A stretch of 64,000 nt of DNA from an uncultured delta proteobacterium (GTDB lineage Bacteria > Desulfobacterota > Syntrophobacteria > BM002): NCBI GenBank assembly GCA_963712115.1, contig CAVQGX010000019.1, positions 25,293 through 89,292 of the forward strand, given 5' to 3'. The stretch's first letter is position 1; each line of letters opens with the position of its first letter. The position numbers and the translations under genes are program-made. Shown piece by piece: positions 50,649 through 60,004 of the stretch. Below the pieces are notes generated by a model that was not told the origin of the DNA, did no database searches, and saw only the letters and a program-made list of their open reading frames with translations.

Positions 50649-50745
50649 TTGATCCTCCTTTTTCTCAATCTAGGGTCAGAGCCAAATCCTTAAATTCCAT
50701 GGGAGCGTGTAGACAAACTCCGACCCCAACTCTCCGGTTTATTCC

Positions 50746-50777
50746 TAGCCCGGATTTTTCATAAATTGTTCGGGCTA
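50746..50777. repeat. 32-bp internally deleted derivative of MITE family A
   Basis: TAGCCCGGATTTTTCATAAATTGTTCGGGCTA retains both TIR ends. Confidence 0.65.
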
Positions 50778-51146
50778 AAATTGCCCCGTCCTCAGCATGA
50801 CAAGGGTGCATGCCCTGAGCACGGGTATACCCTCGTCATTGAGACGCGCCTCGATTTCGTCTGATTCTGTCCCCGGGTTCATAATGACTCTATCAGGCTG
50901 CAAATCGATCATTTCTGGGAGCAGCTTCTTTCCCAACTCCGGACCCACATAGAGGGTAAGAGTGTTCACTGCTGCATTTATGTTAGTCAAGGACGGTACG
51001 GCAGGCACCCCTGCGATTTTTTTTAGTAAGGTATGAACGGGAATGACCCGATGTCCGTGCTCCACCAGGGCACGGACTGCTTGGTTTGAGTATCGCTCTG
51101 GCTTGGGACTGGCTCCCAGTACAACAACAGTTTCGTTAGCAGGCAT
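50775..51146 (-). CDS. CoA-binding domain protein
   Basis: VVLGASPKPERYS, NPGTES, ACTLVML. Confidence 0.9.
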   Translation of the reverse strand: MPANETVVVLGASPKPERYSNQAVRALVEHGHRVIPVHTLLKKIAGVPAVPSLTNINAAVNTLTLYVGPELGKKLLPEMIDLQPDRVIMNPGTESDEIEARLNDEGIPVLRACTLVMLRTGQF

Positions 51147-51283
51147 GATTTTGGGGCTGCGCTGACTAGATTAGATGTTTCCACTAAGAGTGACTACCCA
51201 TTCTTACCTCAGAAGATTCAATTTTTCAAAACAAAATATTTGACTCCTCTGTCGCTCCTTCTAAAACCTTATGGCGGATTACA

Positions 51284-51299
51284 TGGTACGGAAGTTGCT
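51284..51299 (+). promoter_or_regulatory. Putative sigma-54 promoter
   Basis: TGGTACGGAAGTTGCT, one mismatch to TGGCACG-N4-TTGC. Confidence 0.6.
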
Positions 51300-51450
51300 G
51301 TGAACTTAGGTCGGAACGATCAGGTTCGACAGTGGAAAGCCGCTATAAATAAAGCACTGCGGTGTTCCACAGCCCATATATATCATTGGCTTTTAACCTA
51401 AGACTCGACAACTGACGGTACGATTTTGGATACGGAAAAGGTCACTTAAA

Positions 51451-52593
51451 GTGATGCGGTCTTATTTGCCATCTTCTAGTAGTACACGGCTACTACCTCT
51501 GCTTCTAGGAGTGATAGCTCTCCTGTTGGCTCTCAATCTTGTGGTACTGGCCCTTAGATCCTCTACCTCTACCGCCGAAGAGCCCACTAGTCCTGAGGTT
51601 CTGAGTAACTTTCACCTTCCTGGATCAATAAGCCTTTGTCATGAGCCCATACCTCTAGAGAACCGGAAAATTTTGGATATGCTGGATCGAGAATTCACTA
51701 TTGCGGTCTGGGATCGGGCTCAGGTTTTTATGTGGCTCAAAAGAGCTGGACGCTATTTCCCATATATAGAGGAAAAGTTGGCCGAAGCTGACATGCCTGA
51801 TGATATCAAATACGTGGCTGTTGCAGAGAGCGCCCTTATTACCGATATCAAATCGAGAAAAAGAGCCGTTGGACTTTGGCAGTTTATGTCCCGCACCGCT
51901 AGGCGCTATGGTCTTCGGAAAAACCGACTCATAGACGAACGCTTAGACTTTGAGCGATCTACTGAAGCAGCCATTAAATACCTCAAACGGTTACATAGGG
52001 AATTCGGCAACTGGACTTTAGCCCTGGCCGCCTACAACTGTGGCGACGCTTTCCTAAAAAGTGAAATCAAGAAACAGAAGGTCAAAGACTTCTATAGGCT
52101 CGATCTACCTCTGGAAACAGAGAGATATATTTTCCGCATCGCTGCCATCAAGACTATCATGGAAAACCCCAAACAGTATGGCTTTCACCTCCACACAGAC
52201 CATATTTATCCGCCTAGGTGGTACGACACGGTGGAGGTAAAAATCAGCCACCCGTTGAAGTTCGCCGATCTTGCCCTTACCCTTGATACGGATTTCAAGG
52301 CTCTAAAAGAGCTCAATCCCCAATTCCTCAGAGACTATGTGCCCAGGGGTAGCTACCACATTAAGGTTCCTCCCGGATTCGGTCCCAAGGTAGTTGTCGC
52401 CATGCAAAAAAATGGCAATGGTGGAGCCCAAGAAAGGGAGGATATCTCTGGAAACCACTATGTGGTTCGTGAAGGTGATACCTTGGGACATATTTCCAGG
52501 CGAACGGGCGTCTCCCTGGCAACTCTCAAGAGAATCAACAGTATTGAAGGGTCCACCATCTGGGCAGGACAGAAGCTTCGTCTGACTCCCTAA
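51451..52593 (+). CDS. MltD-like lytic transglycosylase (SLT + LysM)
   Basis: VAESAL, AVGLWQFM, ALAAYNCG, ETERY; LysM YVVREGDTLGHIS. Confidence 0.92.
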   Translation: MMRSYLPSSSSTRLLPLLLGVIALLLALNLVVLALRSSTSTAEEPTSPEVLSNFHLPGSISLCHEPIPLENRKILDMLDREFTIAVWDRAQVFMWLKRAGRYFPYIEEKLAEADMPDDIKYVAVAESALITDIKSRKRAVGLWQFMSRTARRYGLRKNRLIDERLDFERSTEAAIKYLKRLHREFGNWTLALAAYNCGDAFLKSEIKKQKVKDFYRLDLPLETERYIFRIAAIKTIMENPKQYGFHLHTDHIYPPRWYDTVEVKISHPLKFADLALTLDTDFKALKELNPQFLRDYVPRGSYHIKVPPGFGPKVVVAMQKNGNGGAQEREDISGNHYVVREGDTLGHISRRTGVSLATLKRINSIEGSTIWAGQKLRLTP

Positions 52594-52725
52594 TCCAAAC
52601 TTACCCCCTTTGTCTTAGTACACCATAAACCCATTCTCTACCTTTCGTCTAACGCTTTCTCTCTTCCTTTCAATGCAATCAAGGACCCCAATATATAGGA
52701 GGGGTCGAAAGGCAAATACAACACT

Positions 52726-52741
52726 TGGCATGGTACTTGCT
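52726..52741 (+). promoter_or_regulatory. Putative sigma-54 promoter
   Basis: TGGCATGGTACTTGCT fits GG-N10-GC. Confidence 0.62.
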
Positions 52742-52789
52742 TTTAGTTTGGCTGAACTTCTCTCTAGCCCGGATTGCAGGGGGTGGGCG

Positions 52790-53035
52790 ATGGAAAAGTC
52801 AGTCAAAATGAAAACAAATGAACCCCGTTTTTTGGGAGGAGAAGTCAGGATTTCTATTGGCTTACGGCTTTATGAACTCTTCTGTGCAGACTGCAACCGC
52901 GTTCTCATCGAAGAGGACTCACACCTAATGCGACTACAGTGCACGGAGTGCAAGCGTATTTATGCTTACCGGCTTTCTCCAGACCAAGAAGAGTCGATTT
53001 TTGAATTATCCACGAAAAAGGTTTCGATCCAATGA
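52790..53035 (+). CDS. Small zinc-ribbon-like protein (start uncertain)
   Basis: CADC..CTEC; stop overlaps the next start (ATGA). Confidence 0.6.
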   Translation: MEKSVKMKTNEPRFLGGEVRISIGLRLYELFCADCNRVLIEEDSHLMRLQCTECKRIYAYRLSPDQEESIFELSTKKVSIQ

Positions 53036-53346
53036 AACCAGGAATATTGAATTTATCCAAGTGGGTAGAGAAAACGGCTGAGGCCGTCCGGCACATCTGC
53101 ATCAGGAAACAAGCTCCCTGCGTAGGCTTTGGCTTGGTCTTTTTCGACCCCCTAGCTGAACCAGAAGAGCGCTGGAATTATGTCATCGAGCTTGCCTACG
53201 ATCCCAACAATCCTCCTACCCAAGAAGAACGGAAGCGATTAGAGCAAGCTTTCGAGCTCATTAGTGAAGGTATCCGCAGGATCATGAGCGATGAGGAAAG
53301 TGAGGAGGACTTTGAGGACTGCTCCCAGGCAGCTCAGTGGCATTGA
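53032..53346 (+). CDS. Hypothetical protein with acidic C-terminus
   Basis: 104-aa ORF translationally coupled to the previous one. Confidence 0.6.
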   Translation: MKPGILNLSKWVEKTAEAVRHICIRKQAPCVGFGLVFFDPLAEPEERWNYVIELAYDPNNPPTQEERKRLEQAFELISEGIRRIMSDEESEEDFEDCSQAAQWH

Positions 53347-53451
53347 GCCTCTAACCTTGGATACCATCTCTACCTTAATATCTTGACAGTGCTTACGGGC
53401 TTATCCCTACCCCCATTGACGCTGATTTGCTTGTGGAATCAAATATTCGGG

Positions 53452-53976
53452 CTATCGCAGCTTTGTCGCCTCTAAGTATTCCTTAACACTACCTATTGTT
53501 GCACTGAACATCTTTGCGCCTGTGAGGATCGTGTAGGCATCATCCACATTCCCGCAGGTCCTGGCGAACTCCGGTCCTATTACAGAAACGGGCTGAGACG
53601 CATAAGGGTTTTCATTCAAAGCATCCAGGTACATATCCAAGCGGTCTCTTAGGATCTGAAAATAATCAATTTCATGACCGGTCATGAGCCCGGTTGATCT
53701 AGATATGCTCTTGGAGAATTCCTGAACCGCCTGCCAGTAAAGCTCTGCAAGCTGAGTCTTCTGGGGACCCTTTTCCAGATAATAGGATATGCTCCATCCC
53801 ACGCTGATTATCTTCAGAATCTGAAGCTCGTATTCAACTGTGACTCCCTGGATGTCAGCCTCTTCAGGCAGATTTGCCACAAGCTCTTTAACGTCCTCGC
53901 GGTCCATAGCAAAATTGAACAGATCCTCTCCTGCTTTTTTAATTCCTGTTTTTTTCTCTTCTGAATTTTTCACCAT
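53452..53976 (-). CDS. Hypothetical protein
   Basis: Likely ATG 53976; the longer ORF overlaps the upstream permease. Confidence 0.7.
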   Translation of the reverse strand: MVKNSEEKKTGIKKAGEDLFNFAMDREDVKELVANLPEEADIQGVTVEYELQILKIISVGWSISYYLEKGPQKTQLAELYWQAVQEFSKSISRSTGLMTGHEIDYFQILRDRLDMYLDALNENPYASQPVSVIGPEFARTCGNVDDAYTILTGAKMFSATIGSVKEYLEATKLR

Positions 53977-54050
53977 TTTCAAGTCTAATATAATTCCACT
54001 GACACCCTGTACCCTGTTCACCACCTGCGAACATCGGCAAACCATCCGGG

Positions 54051-55322
54051 TTAGGGTTTTTGCTGGCGCAGCTTTGTGATCATGTAGTAAACCACTCCGG
54101 CTGCTATCAATGACGGGAGCGAACCTCCCACGGAGTATTTCATAATGGCGATAATTTCGTAAACTATGAACCCTATGACCCAAGATACGATTGCCGTGAT
54201 ATTAAATCCCTTGAAATACCAGTACTCACCTCTCTCTTTGTAAATCTCTTCTTTATTGAGTTTACACGAGCGAATTAGAAAATAATCGGTAAGCACCACA
54301 CCAAAAAGAGGCACAAACATGGCGCCGATGAAAAAGAGGAAATTCTCGTACTGTTCCATGGGAAAGACCAGTGCCACCAGAATTGATAGGATGCCGGCGA
54401 TCCACATAATCGTTCTTGCGCTTATTCTCCTGGAGATATTAAGCATGGAGCAGGTGGCAGAATAGATATCGGGAAAATCAGAGGTAATGGTTGAAAATAC
54501 CACCAGCATCAGGGCGGGGATAGCAAGGCCGATTTTGCCCATAATTTGTAAGATCAGGGCTCCCGGGTCTGTCTCTCCGGTAACCAAGGTGGCCATCAAT
54601 CCCAGGACATACATCCAGGATGAAATTAGAAAATAGCCCCACCAGGTATTCCAGAATGCCGGCGCCGTTTTTTTCGAAAAGCGGGAATAGTCAGATACCA
54701 GCGGCATCCAGGATATGGGCATAGCTATAACCAGATCCAGGCCGATCATAAATGGCATGGCTGTTGGTTTGACAGCCAAAAAGCCACCGCCAAATTCCTC
54801 AATGGAAACCCAGGTCATCAATACAACGATCAGCAGCAAGCCGACTACCGCTGCTTTCTGCATAATTTTCCAAATAGGTTTACCCGTGTAAAAGGCCCAA
54901 ATAAGGGTGCCGAACCCTATGGCCACAATCCAGAAGTGGTTTGAGGCCAGGATGCCCCCGATGGGTTTACCCAGCATGGCCCCGGCCCGACCTCCTATTA
55001 TCAGCATTATGGAAGCCCAGCCGATGAGCTGGATGATATTCAATACAGCCGCCAGGTTAGATCCGAGAATGCCGAAAGATGGTCTTACAGATACCATGGA
55101 CATGATGCCGTAATCCGAACCGATGACACCGCCCAAAGCCATGAAGGTGTTACCGATAACATGCCCGATAATGATGGCCCAGAAACCCATCCAGAAACCC
55201 ATGGGGGAGAGAAATCCACCGGCCCAGATTTCAGCCAGAGAGATAGCTACGCCCGCCCATAGAAGAAAATAATCCACCCCCCCAAGGTTTCTTTCTTCAC
55301 TTGTAATAGGTTGAATGTCCAT
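54051..55322 (-). CDS. NCS1/purine-cytosine permease, CytX-like
   Basis: WAGVAISLAEI, RPSFG, QLIGW, MPISWMPLVSDYSRF, STITSDF. Confidence 0.88.
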   Translation of the reverse strand: MDIQPITSEERNLGGVDYFLLWAGVAISLAEIWAGGFLSPMGFWMGFWAIIIGHVIGNTFMALGGVIGSDYGIMSMVSVRPSFGILGSNLAAVLNIIQLIGWASIMLIIGGRAGAMLGKPIGGILASNHFWIVAIGFGTLIWAFYTGKPIWKIMQKAAVVGLLLIVVLMTWVSIEEFGGGFLAVKPTAMPFMIGLDLVIAMPISWMPLVSDYSRFSKKTAPAFWNTWWGYFLISSWMYVLGLMATLVTGETDPGALILQIMGKIGLAIPALMLVVFSTITSDFPDIYSATCSMLNISRRISARTIMWIAGILSILVALVFPMEQYENFLFFIGAMFVPLFGVVLTDYFLIRSCKLNKEEIYKERGEYWYFKGFNITAIVSWVIGFIVYEIIAIMKYSVGGSLPSLIAAGVVYYMITKLRQQKP

Positions 55323-55404
55323 AACTAATCCAGTCTATTGAATTTGATAACCCGCACGGCAAAAGGCTTGATAAGTATTTTTTTGCGCCTTGTGCCTTCT
55401 TCTC

Positions 55405-56184
55405 TTACAACCTGGGCAGAATACCTTTCCAATCCTGCTTGAAGCTGAGCATGGATAGATAGACACAGTTCTTGGGATAGGCGTCGTGCAGAATGCGCAA
55501 GTTCCTAAGTGGATCGTACCCTTCAGCCCGTTCGTCCTTCTCGCTCCGCACACTCTTTAACAGTAAATCCATCTTTTCCGACATCCAGGCCTCGATAACA
55601 ACTGGTAGGTTGAAACCTTCGAGCAAGTCCACCTTCGGATCTTTTCCCAGCACTGGCTGGGTAATGATAAATTTAGCACCTGCATCAATCTTCTGCTTTA
55701 GCCTATCCGATTCAAAAGGCATGGGGTTGTACTGGTTAAAAGCCGCACCTGTGATAAATACACCCGAATATTCGCCGTTAATGTATCTAAGCAGATCAAT
55801 TGAGGTGGCAACACTCTTTTTACTCCCTATACTCCCGGGCTCGAGTTTTGCTAAGGTTGGACCTCCGTCGCCTCTGACAACCAGGAGATACTTCAAACCT
55901 AAACTCGACGCTCGATTCAGCATGCCGTCAAGCTCTTCCCTGGTATGAAAGGTGTTCAGGTTCATCACGGTTCTTGGGGGATGAACCGGCAGACCGCAAA
56001 ATTCTATTACTTCCAATAGGCTGTACCTGGGTTGCCCCATGGGGTTGTCCGGGATTGAAAGCCCACTGCCGGAGTCTAAGATCCTGCGGTACCTCTCGGC
56101 AAAATCTGTCATCCTCTCCTCTAGATCGCCCAGAGTTGCCCGTTTGGGAGTTAGGATCTCAATTAGGTAAGCACAATCGAACAT
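55405..56184 (-). CDS. Methylenetetrahydrofolate reductase-like protein
   Basis: SIPDNPMG, LLVVRGDG, KIDAGAKFIITQP. Confidence 0.72.
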   Translation of the reverse strand: MFDCAYLIEILTPKRATLGDLEERMTDFAERYRRILDSGSGLSIPDNPMGQPRYSLLEVIEFCGLPVHPPRTVMNLNTFHTREELDGMLNRASSLGLKYLLVVRGDGGPTLAKLEPGSIGSKKSVATSIDLLRYINGEYSGVFITGAAFNQYNPMPFESDRLKQKIDAGAKFIITQPVLGKDPKVDLLEGFNLPVVIEAWMSEKMDLLLKSVRSEKDERAEGYDPLRNLRILHDAYPKNCVYLSMLSFKQDWKGILPRL

Positions 56185-56278
56185 GAAAACTCCTATCTAG
56201 AATACTGTTCACAAATCACTCAATGACAGCGAAGCGTATACCCTTGCGCCTCAGGCCTTTCGCCTTGAGCCTTATGCC

Positions 56279-56761
56279 TCATTTCCCCGGTCTTATGTGG
56301 AGACGGCAGCAGCCTTCCTCTCCCGGCTTCCAGGTGTCAGCAAAAAACCGGAAACCAGCTCCTTCAAAGGTGCCGTAGTCAACCACAGCAGCAATATCGC
56401 ACATTGTGGCAATTTCCTCATCAGTCAATCCCGCCTCCTCATAGGCTTCCCTCAGTGGGCAGCTACGCATATGGATGTCCAATCCCTCCCCATCGCAACG
56501 GAGTACTTCAGGCTGGAACATTTTACCCTGGTCCGCTGAACCAGCCAAAAAAGCATCCTTCAACCCCTCAAGGTCCGCGGGTGCGAATTTTTCATACTTC
56601 TTGCCTATCTCCAGGCCGCGGTTGTAAATTCCCCGTTTCATTATATCCGCTGCTTTTTCGTCCCCCACCTCTTTCCTCAATTCCTGGAAGATATGATAGT
56701 ACATCATCCCACGGTTCTTGTAAGCTCCATATAGCTGTTCGCGCAAGATTTGTTCAAACAT
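56279..56761 (-). CDS. L-2-amino-thiazoline-4-carboxylate hydrolase-like family protein
   Basis: SCPL, MCDIAAVVD, GCC pattern; GGAG RBS. Confidence 0.7.
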   Translation of the reverse strand: MFEQILREQLYGAYKNRGMMYYHIFQELRKEVGDEKAADIMKRGIYNRGLEIGKKYEKFAPADLEGLKDAFLAGSADQGKMFQPEVLRCDGEGLDIHMRSCPLREAYEEAGLTDEEIATMCDIAAVVDYGTFEGAGFRFFADTWKPGEEGCCRLHIRPGK

Positions 56762-57091
56762 GCCACTCCTTCCATTTCCTGAGACTTGTTTGCTATTTTC
56801 CAGGCGTTCATAAAAGATTGTCCACAGAGTTTATCACAGAGAAGATGAAAATGAATTCAAGCTCTTTAGGTCCACATTGAACTCGAAACTGTAATTCCAT
56901 GGCCTTGCACATCTCCTATCATAAAAAGTGAGCCAAATTAAATCCCCACTGTTGAATTAATCATTTTAGAGATTATCTTCTCTGCCATAGAGCTCTTGTG
57001 CAATAATTTCTCTTCATTTGCCGGGCAGAGCTTGTGATAAGCTTTCACCTGTCGATGTTACCTACAATAATTTGATCATAGGAGTTCAGTT

Positions 57092-57742
57092 ATGGGACTG
57101 CAAGAGAAATTGACTCGATTGAAAATGGGTTTTGAAGCCCAAGCACCGAAGGAAGTTGTTGAGATCATGCACCGGGCAACCGACGACCTTGAAAGATCGG
57201 GAATTCTTGATGGCACGGTGAAAGTGGGTGACCAAGCCCCGGATTTTTCCTTGAAAAACGCTGACGGCCAGGAATTTTCTCTGAAAGATTTACTTTCTCA
57301 TGGTCCAGTTGTTCTCAGTTTTTATCGGGGCAAATGGTGACCCTATTGCAACCTGGAGCTGGACGCTCTCAAGAAAGCAGCCGGGGAATTCGAAGCACTA
57401 GGGGCTACTTTTATCGCCATCTCGCCTCAACTGCAGACATACAATCGAGCACTCAGAGAGGAAAAGCAGTTGACCTTTGAAATACTGAGTGATCCCGGCA
57501 ACCGGGTGGCACAGCGCTATGGCCTCAAGTTTCAATTGCCTGAGGACCTAAGAGAAGTGTATTTGAAATTCGACATTGATCTTCCAAGATACAATGGAGA
57601 CGATTCCTGGACACTACCTTTGCCAACCACTCTGATTATCGATCAAAATGGCATTATTCGACACGGAGCAATCAACGCTGACTACACGGTTCGCCCGGAC
57701 CCGGAAGAGACCTTGGCTTCCCTGAAAAAAATCGTGGCATAG
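57092..57742 (+). CDS. AhpC/TSA peroxiredoxin-like selenoprotein (UxxC)
   Basis: ORFs 57092-57340 and 57470-57742 join in frame across TGA 57338-57340: FYRGKW-U-PYCNLEL..AISPQ..ILSDPGN..LPLP. Short hairpin GGAGC-TGGAC-GCTCT about 14 nt downstream. Confidence 0.9.
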
Positions 57743-57806
57743 CATTGGTAGGCTGATCTCTGCAATGCCAAGTGCTTGCTAACCCATCAACTGGTGAGGA
57801 TAAAAC

Positions 57807-58607
57807 ATGATAGGGCTTGGTAGTCATTACAAGGACATGGCAACTACCTGCAAGACTAGACCCACAAAAGAGAAAAAGGTCGTCTGGAGGAGATTTGAAT
57901 CGGAGCCTTTTGAGGACGGCAGATTCCAGGTGAAAGTTCTCTCCAAAAAACTGATCGACTCTGCGGCCGATCTTTTTCGCAATGCTTACCCTGAAATCTA
58001 TGGCTCACCCCATGAGTTCGTGCTCATGCCCGAGAGATACGAGGGGCTGATAGCCCTCGAGGAAAACTGGGAGGAAGATGGTCGAAGCAGAGTCTACTGC
58101 ATGCCGGTGGTGGTAGAACTCCACAGCCAAAGAGTGGTCGCCGCCACCATGCTCACCAAGATGGAGAAGAACCTCCAGGTGGAGTTCACCTTTGCTGCTA
58201 CCCTGCCGGAATACAGGCTAAAGAACATAATGCTGAATTTGAGAGTGGTTAACTGGAAGACCGCTTTAGCATCTGGCGCAGAGTATCTCACTACCTTCCT
58301 GGAGACCTGGCACGACATAACTCAACAATGGTGCATCAAAGACGGTTGGCAGGTGGCTGGTATTTTTCCGGGTAACTTTGTCCGCTGGAAAAACCCGGAC
58401 CAGGAGTACAGAGGTTGCACGGTCCACTGTTACTATTTTCTCCACAATACAGAGGAGTATGTCACCAAACCTGAAGAATGGAGTCTCGCACCTGAATTCA
58501 GGGAACTGTGGGAGGTTCTAGGGCGGATAAATTCAAAGATAGCCAAGGAAGGCAGTGTCCCTCCTTGGTTGAAAGAATATTTATCAGAGGAGGAGAGAAG
58601 TCGATAA
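57807..58607 (+). CDS. Hypothetical protein, possible GNAT fold
   Basis: AATLPEYRLKNI and GWQVAGIFPG resemble GNAT motifs A/B. Confidence 0.6.
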   Translation: MIGLGSHYKDMATTCKTRPTKEKKVVWRRFESEPFEDGRFQVKVLSKKLIDSAADLFRNAYPEIYGSPHEFVLMPERYEGLIALEENWEEDGRSRVYCMPVVVELHSQRVVAATMLTKMEKNLQVEFTFAATLPEYRLKNIMLNLRVVNWKTALASGAEYLTTFLETWHDITQQWCIKDGWQVAGIFPGNFVRWKNPDQEYRGCTVHCYYFLHNTEEYVTKPEEWSLAPEFRELWEVLGRINSKIAKEGSVPPWLKEYLSEEERSR

Positions 58608-58657
58608 AATTATAATTTTATCTCAAATTGCCTATACCAAGAACCTCGCTGAGGGTA

Positions 58658-59596
58658 CTACGGTGTACCCCCCCTGCTTGTATCTTGCTTATATACTTTC
58701 CCTCCTGCTGTGGTTCCCACTAATGCGTGTGTTTCTGTCTTTCGGGTGGTGATAATTCCGGCAATACAGATCAGGAAGGCACCGACCCAGGTCAAAAAAT
58801 CAAGACTCTCACCCCATAATACCCAGCCGAGTACCATGGCAAAGACCACATTACTATAGGAAAAAGGCCCGACCTTAGCTGCTGGAGCGAGGCTGTAGCC
58901 TTTGGTAAGCAGAAATTGCCCCACTGCGGCCAGCAAGCCCATAAGGACGAGGAGCCACCAGATTTCCGCCTTCGGTGACTGCCAAGACCAGACCAAGGGA
59001 ATTGAGGAGATCAGGGTGCCGAACACGGTGAAATAGAAAACGATTCGGATGGTTGGCTCTGACGAGGACATCCGCCGGATGCTTACCATAGCCAATGCGC
59101 CCATAAGACCAGCCCCCAAACCGACGAAAGCAATTGGCCGAAATACTCCCACTCCAGGTTTGAGAATTAGGATGATGCCGATAAAGCCGATAATAATAGC
59201 CCCTCGCACTTTTCGCTCAACTGGCTCATGAATCCATACATATGCGATTATTGGAATGAACAGGGGTGCGGTGGACATGAGCAAGAAGGACTCAGATAGT
59301 TGCAACCGGGCGATGACATAAAAAAAGCAATACATTCCTCCGAGACCCGCCATGCTGCGCAGCAGGTGGAGTGGGAAATATGATGTTCTGACTCCTCCTG
59401 GGGGACGGCTGTACCAGATCCAAGGTAGAATGAAAAAGAGCGAACAAAAGTTGCGAAAGAATACAACCATTTCATTATTTAGCGAAAGTGAAACGACTTT
59501 GACCACCGCACCCAGAATGGCAAAGGTCAACGAGGCACTCAGCACACAAAGAGCACCTGCCACGGGTTGATCCTTATAGATTTCTTGCTGACTCAC
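58658..59596 (-). CDS. DMT/EamA family transporter
   Basis: Two EamA repeats; VFFRN, TAPLF, PFSYS. Confidence 0.9.
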   Translation of the reverse strand: MSQQEIYKDQPVAGALCVLSASLTFAILGAVVKVVSLSLNNEMVVFFRNFCSLFFILPWIWYSRPPGGVRTSYFPLHLLRSMAGLGGMYCFFYVIARLQLSESFLLMSTAPLFIPIIAYVWIHEPVERKVRGAIIIGFIGIILILKPGVGVFRPIAFVGLGAGLMGALAMVSIRRMSSSEPTIRIVFYFTVFGTLISSIPLVWSWQSPKAEIWWLLVLMGLLAAVGQFLLTKGYSLAPAAKVGPFSYSNVVFAMVLGWVLWGESLDFLTWVGAFLICIAGIITTRKTETHALVGTTAGGKVYKQDTSRGGTP

Positions 59597-59809
59597 TGGT
59601 CTACTTCGCTGGCAGATTATGATTTATCGAACGTCCTGAATAGCAGAGGCAGCAGAGACACACAAGTATTAAAAATACTTTCTCCCCTGAAACCTATCTT
59701 GATACTTGCGAGAGACAATAAAAGGAAATCAAAGGAAGGAAGGGTGAAAAAAGGAGTGGGACCACGGCTACCGAACTTTTTAATATCGAGAACTACTGCT
59801 TTTTATGAC

Positions 59810-60004
59810 TAGCCCGGATATTTCATGAATTGCTGTCGCGAGACCACGAAGATGGGTGTGTCACCGGGCAACCGTCCCGCGGTACCGCGGGGTTGGTTCC
59901 GAGGCGCACCTGAACGGTACGTCGCAGGAGCCGACACCCGAGGACGCCAGGAAGGACGGCCATATCCGTGGTCGCAGCAAGTGATTCATGAAATATCCGG
60001 GCTA
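59810..60004 (+). mobile_element. MITE-like element family A, copy 3 (195 bp)
   Basis: Perfect 21-bp TIR; homologous interior. Confidence 0.85.

Noticed and set aside
50028-50693. 221-aa + strand ORF and other long antisense ORFs (e.g. 30588-31124, 55493-55948, 43716-44168)
   Set aside because: Shadow frames of well-supported genes on the opposite strand.
51270-51400. c-di-AMP (ydaO) riboswitch before the LysM transglycosylase
   Set aside because: Only GGTACGG matches; the site is better explained as a sigma-54 promoter.
52673-52789. N-terminal part of ORF 52673-53035
   Set aside because: It overlaps the putative sigma-54 promoter, so the real start is probably 52790 or 52808.
55323-55404. 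TPP riboswitch upstream of the CytX-like permease
   Set aside because: The gap is only about 80 bp and lacks the CTGAGA and CCTGA..GCGTAGG motifs.
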